Below, one piece after another: positions 13,698-14,769 of a stretch of DNA of 14,769 bases (the stretch's first letter is position 1; each line of letters starts with the position of its first letter). Both the position numbers and the translations under genes were made by a program. The stretch comes from Escherichia coli (GTDB lineage: Bacteria > Pseudomonadota > Gammaproteobacteria > Enterobacterales > Enterobacteriaceae), in assembly GCA_005397905.1 (NCBI GenBank), contig GCA_005397905.1_4318.1; one strand, 5' to 3'. The notes beneath the pieces were generated by a model. That model was not told the origin of the DNA, did no database searches, and was given only the letters and a program-made list of their open reading frames with translations.

Positions 13698-13727
13698 TGC
13701 CCCATCGAAACTAACGAGGAAGCAGAA

Positions 13728-13940
13728 ATGAAGATTGAAATTATCGACGTTGACTACAAGACAGATGTTGAATTACTTACGCTACGTGAATGTGGTTTTC
13801 AGGTTGGTGATGTGCTTGAGGTTGCTGGCGAGTATCCATCCGGAAGAATTTACGTTAAAGCGATCCGCACAACAGGCGTAGTATCTATCGGCGATGCCGT
13901 TGGTGTGCAAGCAAGTGAATACAAGGTGGCTGAAGAATGA
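13728..13940 (+). CDS. hypothetical protein (70 aa)
   Basis: ATG with GAGGA RBS downstream of a TAGCAC element. Confidence 0.6.
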   Translation: MKIEIIDVDYKTDVELLTLRECGFQVGDVLEVAGEYPSGRIYVKAIRTTGVVSIGDAVGVQASEYKVAEE

Positions 13941-14182
13941 GCAACGATCCAATATTTGACATGATGATGGCTCGATGTGAAGCAGTTGGTAAAGAAATGG
14001 CTATGCGGTTCCACCAATCAGAACCCAAGCTGCAGGCCAACCACTTCGACGGCTACGCAACATTCATCATTGCCCAGGCTTGTGGAATGCGTGACGAGCC
14101 ACAGGTTCACACTATCCACTTAACCGAAGAGCAAGCTCGAGAGTTGGCCTACGAGATTCTTGAGCAGCTTAAAAAAATCTGA
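13937..14182 (+). CDS. hypothetical protein (81 aa)
   Basis: ATG overlapping the upstream stop (ATGA). Confidence 0.55.
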   Translation: MSNDPIFDMMMARCEAVGKEMAMRFHQSEPKLQANHFDGYATFIIAQACGMRDEPQVHTIHLTEEQARELAYEILEQLKKI

Positions 14183-14192
14183 GGTTAGAGAT

Positions 14193-14327
14193 ATGCACGT
14201 AGAGTTAATGATGGACGATGTTTTTGTTGAGGCCCTACCGTGGTTACTTTGGTCTATAGGCTTTGCCATTATTTACATAATTTCGGCAGCCGTAGACGAC
14301 GACAAAACGCATTCTAACGAACAATAA
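14193..14327 (+). CDS. hypothetical small membrane protein (44 aa)
   Basis: ATG 14193 with GAGG 8 nt upstream; MHVELMMDDVFVEALPWLLWSIGFAIIYIISAAVDDDKTHSNEQ has one hydrophobic TM-like segment. Below the track cutoff. Confidence 0.4.
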   Translation: MHVELMMDDVFVEALPWLLWSIGFAIIYIISAAVDDDKTHSNEQ

Positions 14328-14345
14328 TTTAAGTGAGGTGATTCT

Positions 14346-14507
14346 ATGATTAAGATTGTTTATGTGGGTGAGAGTGATTATGTGGCGCTCATTCAGAGTG
14401 GTGATGTGTTCTTCGCAGGGCTGAGTGAGGATGGAAAATATTACATCGTAAAGAACAAGAATGGCGAAGATATCTACCTTTCAAAAGATGAGGTCATCAT
14501 TTACTAA
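14346..14507 (+). CDS. hypothetical small protein (53 aa)
   Basis: ATG 14346 with GAGGTG 6 nt upstream; MIKIVYVGESDYVALIQSGDVFFAGLSEDGKYYIVKNKNGEDIYLSKDEVIIY. Confidence 0.45.
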   Translation: MIKIVYVGESDYVALIQSGDVFFAGLSEDGKYYIVKNKNGEDIYLSKDEVIIY

Positions 14508-14638
14508 TGGATAACTACGAATCACCAAGCCAGTGGTGCAAGCGAATGCAGGACGAAGCAAAGACGGGCGAAGAGGCTATGGCTTACTACGAGCTAGCGC
14601 AAATGTGGATGGAGCGGGAGGGCAAGAGCAATGGTTAA
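14507..14638 (+). CDS. hypothetical small protein (43 aa)
   Basis: ATG overlapping the upstream stop (TAATG); MDNYESPSQWCKRMQDEAKTGEEAMAYYELAQMWMEREGKSNG. Confidence 0.35.
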   Translation: MDNYESPSQWCKRMQDEAKTGEEAMAYYELAQMWMEREGKSNG

Positions 14639-14769
14639 CACTTGTATTTATTCTTATGATAATGAATTTATTGATGACTTAATCTACTTTCATGAAAAGT
14701 ATGGCGATAAATTTGAATGCGACGGCGACAACCTTGAGGTGCTATCAACATTCAATAGAGGTGAAAAGA
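14631..14769 (+). CDS. hypothetical protein, N-terminal fragment (continues beyond the right edge)
   Basis: ATG 14631 overlapping the upstream stop (ATGGTTAA), GAGGG about 10 nt upstream; open to the end of the window (MVNTCIYSYDNEFIDDLIYFHEKYGDKFECDGDNLEVLSTFNRGEK...). Confidence 0.4.
   Translation, partial: MVNTCIYSYDNEFIDDLIYFHEKYGDKFECDGDNLEVLSTFNRGEK

Noticed and set aside
1-14769. GATC under-representation as a sign of Dam-site avoidance
   Set aside because: A careful count over the first 1.2 kb found 3 sites against about 4-5 expected, so there is no clear depletion.
1-14769. tRNA genes, CRISPR arrays, integrase or attachment sites
   Set aside because: No cloverleaf-compatible segment, no spaced direct-repeat array and no recombinase-like ORF was seen; the long non-coding stretch at 11251-11960 is better explained as a regulatory or origin region.

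Overview
This 14.8-kb window reads as a contiguous slice of a tailed-phage genome from a virulent enterobacterial phage; I found no integrase, tRNA, rRNA or CRISPR. The lysis cassette has the architecture described for coliphage T1. Layout: (i) 1-193, start of a leftward gene with a canonical sigma70-like promoter; (ii) 295-6223, a rightward DNA-metabolism operon with an SF2 helicase, a VRR-NUC nuclease, small ORFs, an HTH-metallophosphoesterase fusion and a dNMP-kinase-like P-loop protein, closed by an intrinsic terminator; (iii) 6355-7421, a pinholin, SAR lysozyme and unimolecular spanin, ending at a bidirectional terminator; (iv) 7436-11250, a leftward operon of small ORFs, a 527-aa P-loop NTPase and a 111-aa ORF; (v) 11251-11960, a 0.7-kb non-coding control region with GATTG-core direct repeats, palindromes and a (TAT)7 tract; (vi) 11961-end, a rightward operon behind a canonical extended -10 sigma70 promoter. 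Two things stand out. First, an 11-fold repeated composite element, TAGCAC-N3-TTG(C/T)TA followed 22 bp later by a TATAAT-like hexamer, sits at gene ends on both strands and often supplies the stop codon. Second, the 527-aa NTPase has a 181-aa paralog on the opposite strand that keeps its N- and C-terminal modules but lacks the NTPase core, and the two share a 30-nt perfect inverted repeat. All calls come from reading the sequence by eye; no database search was run.
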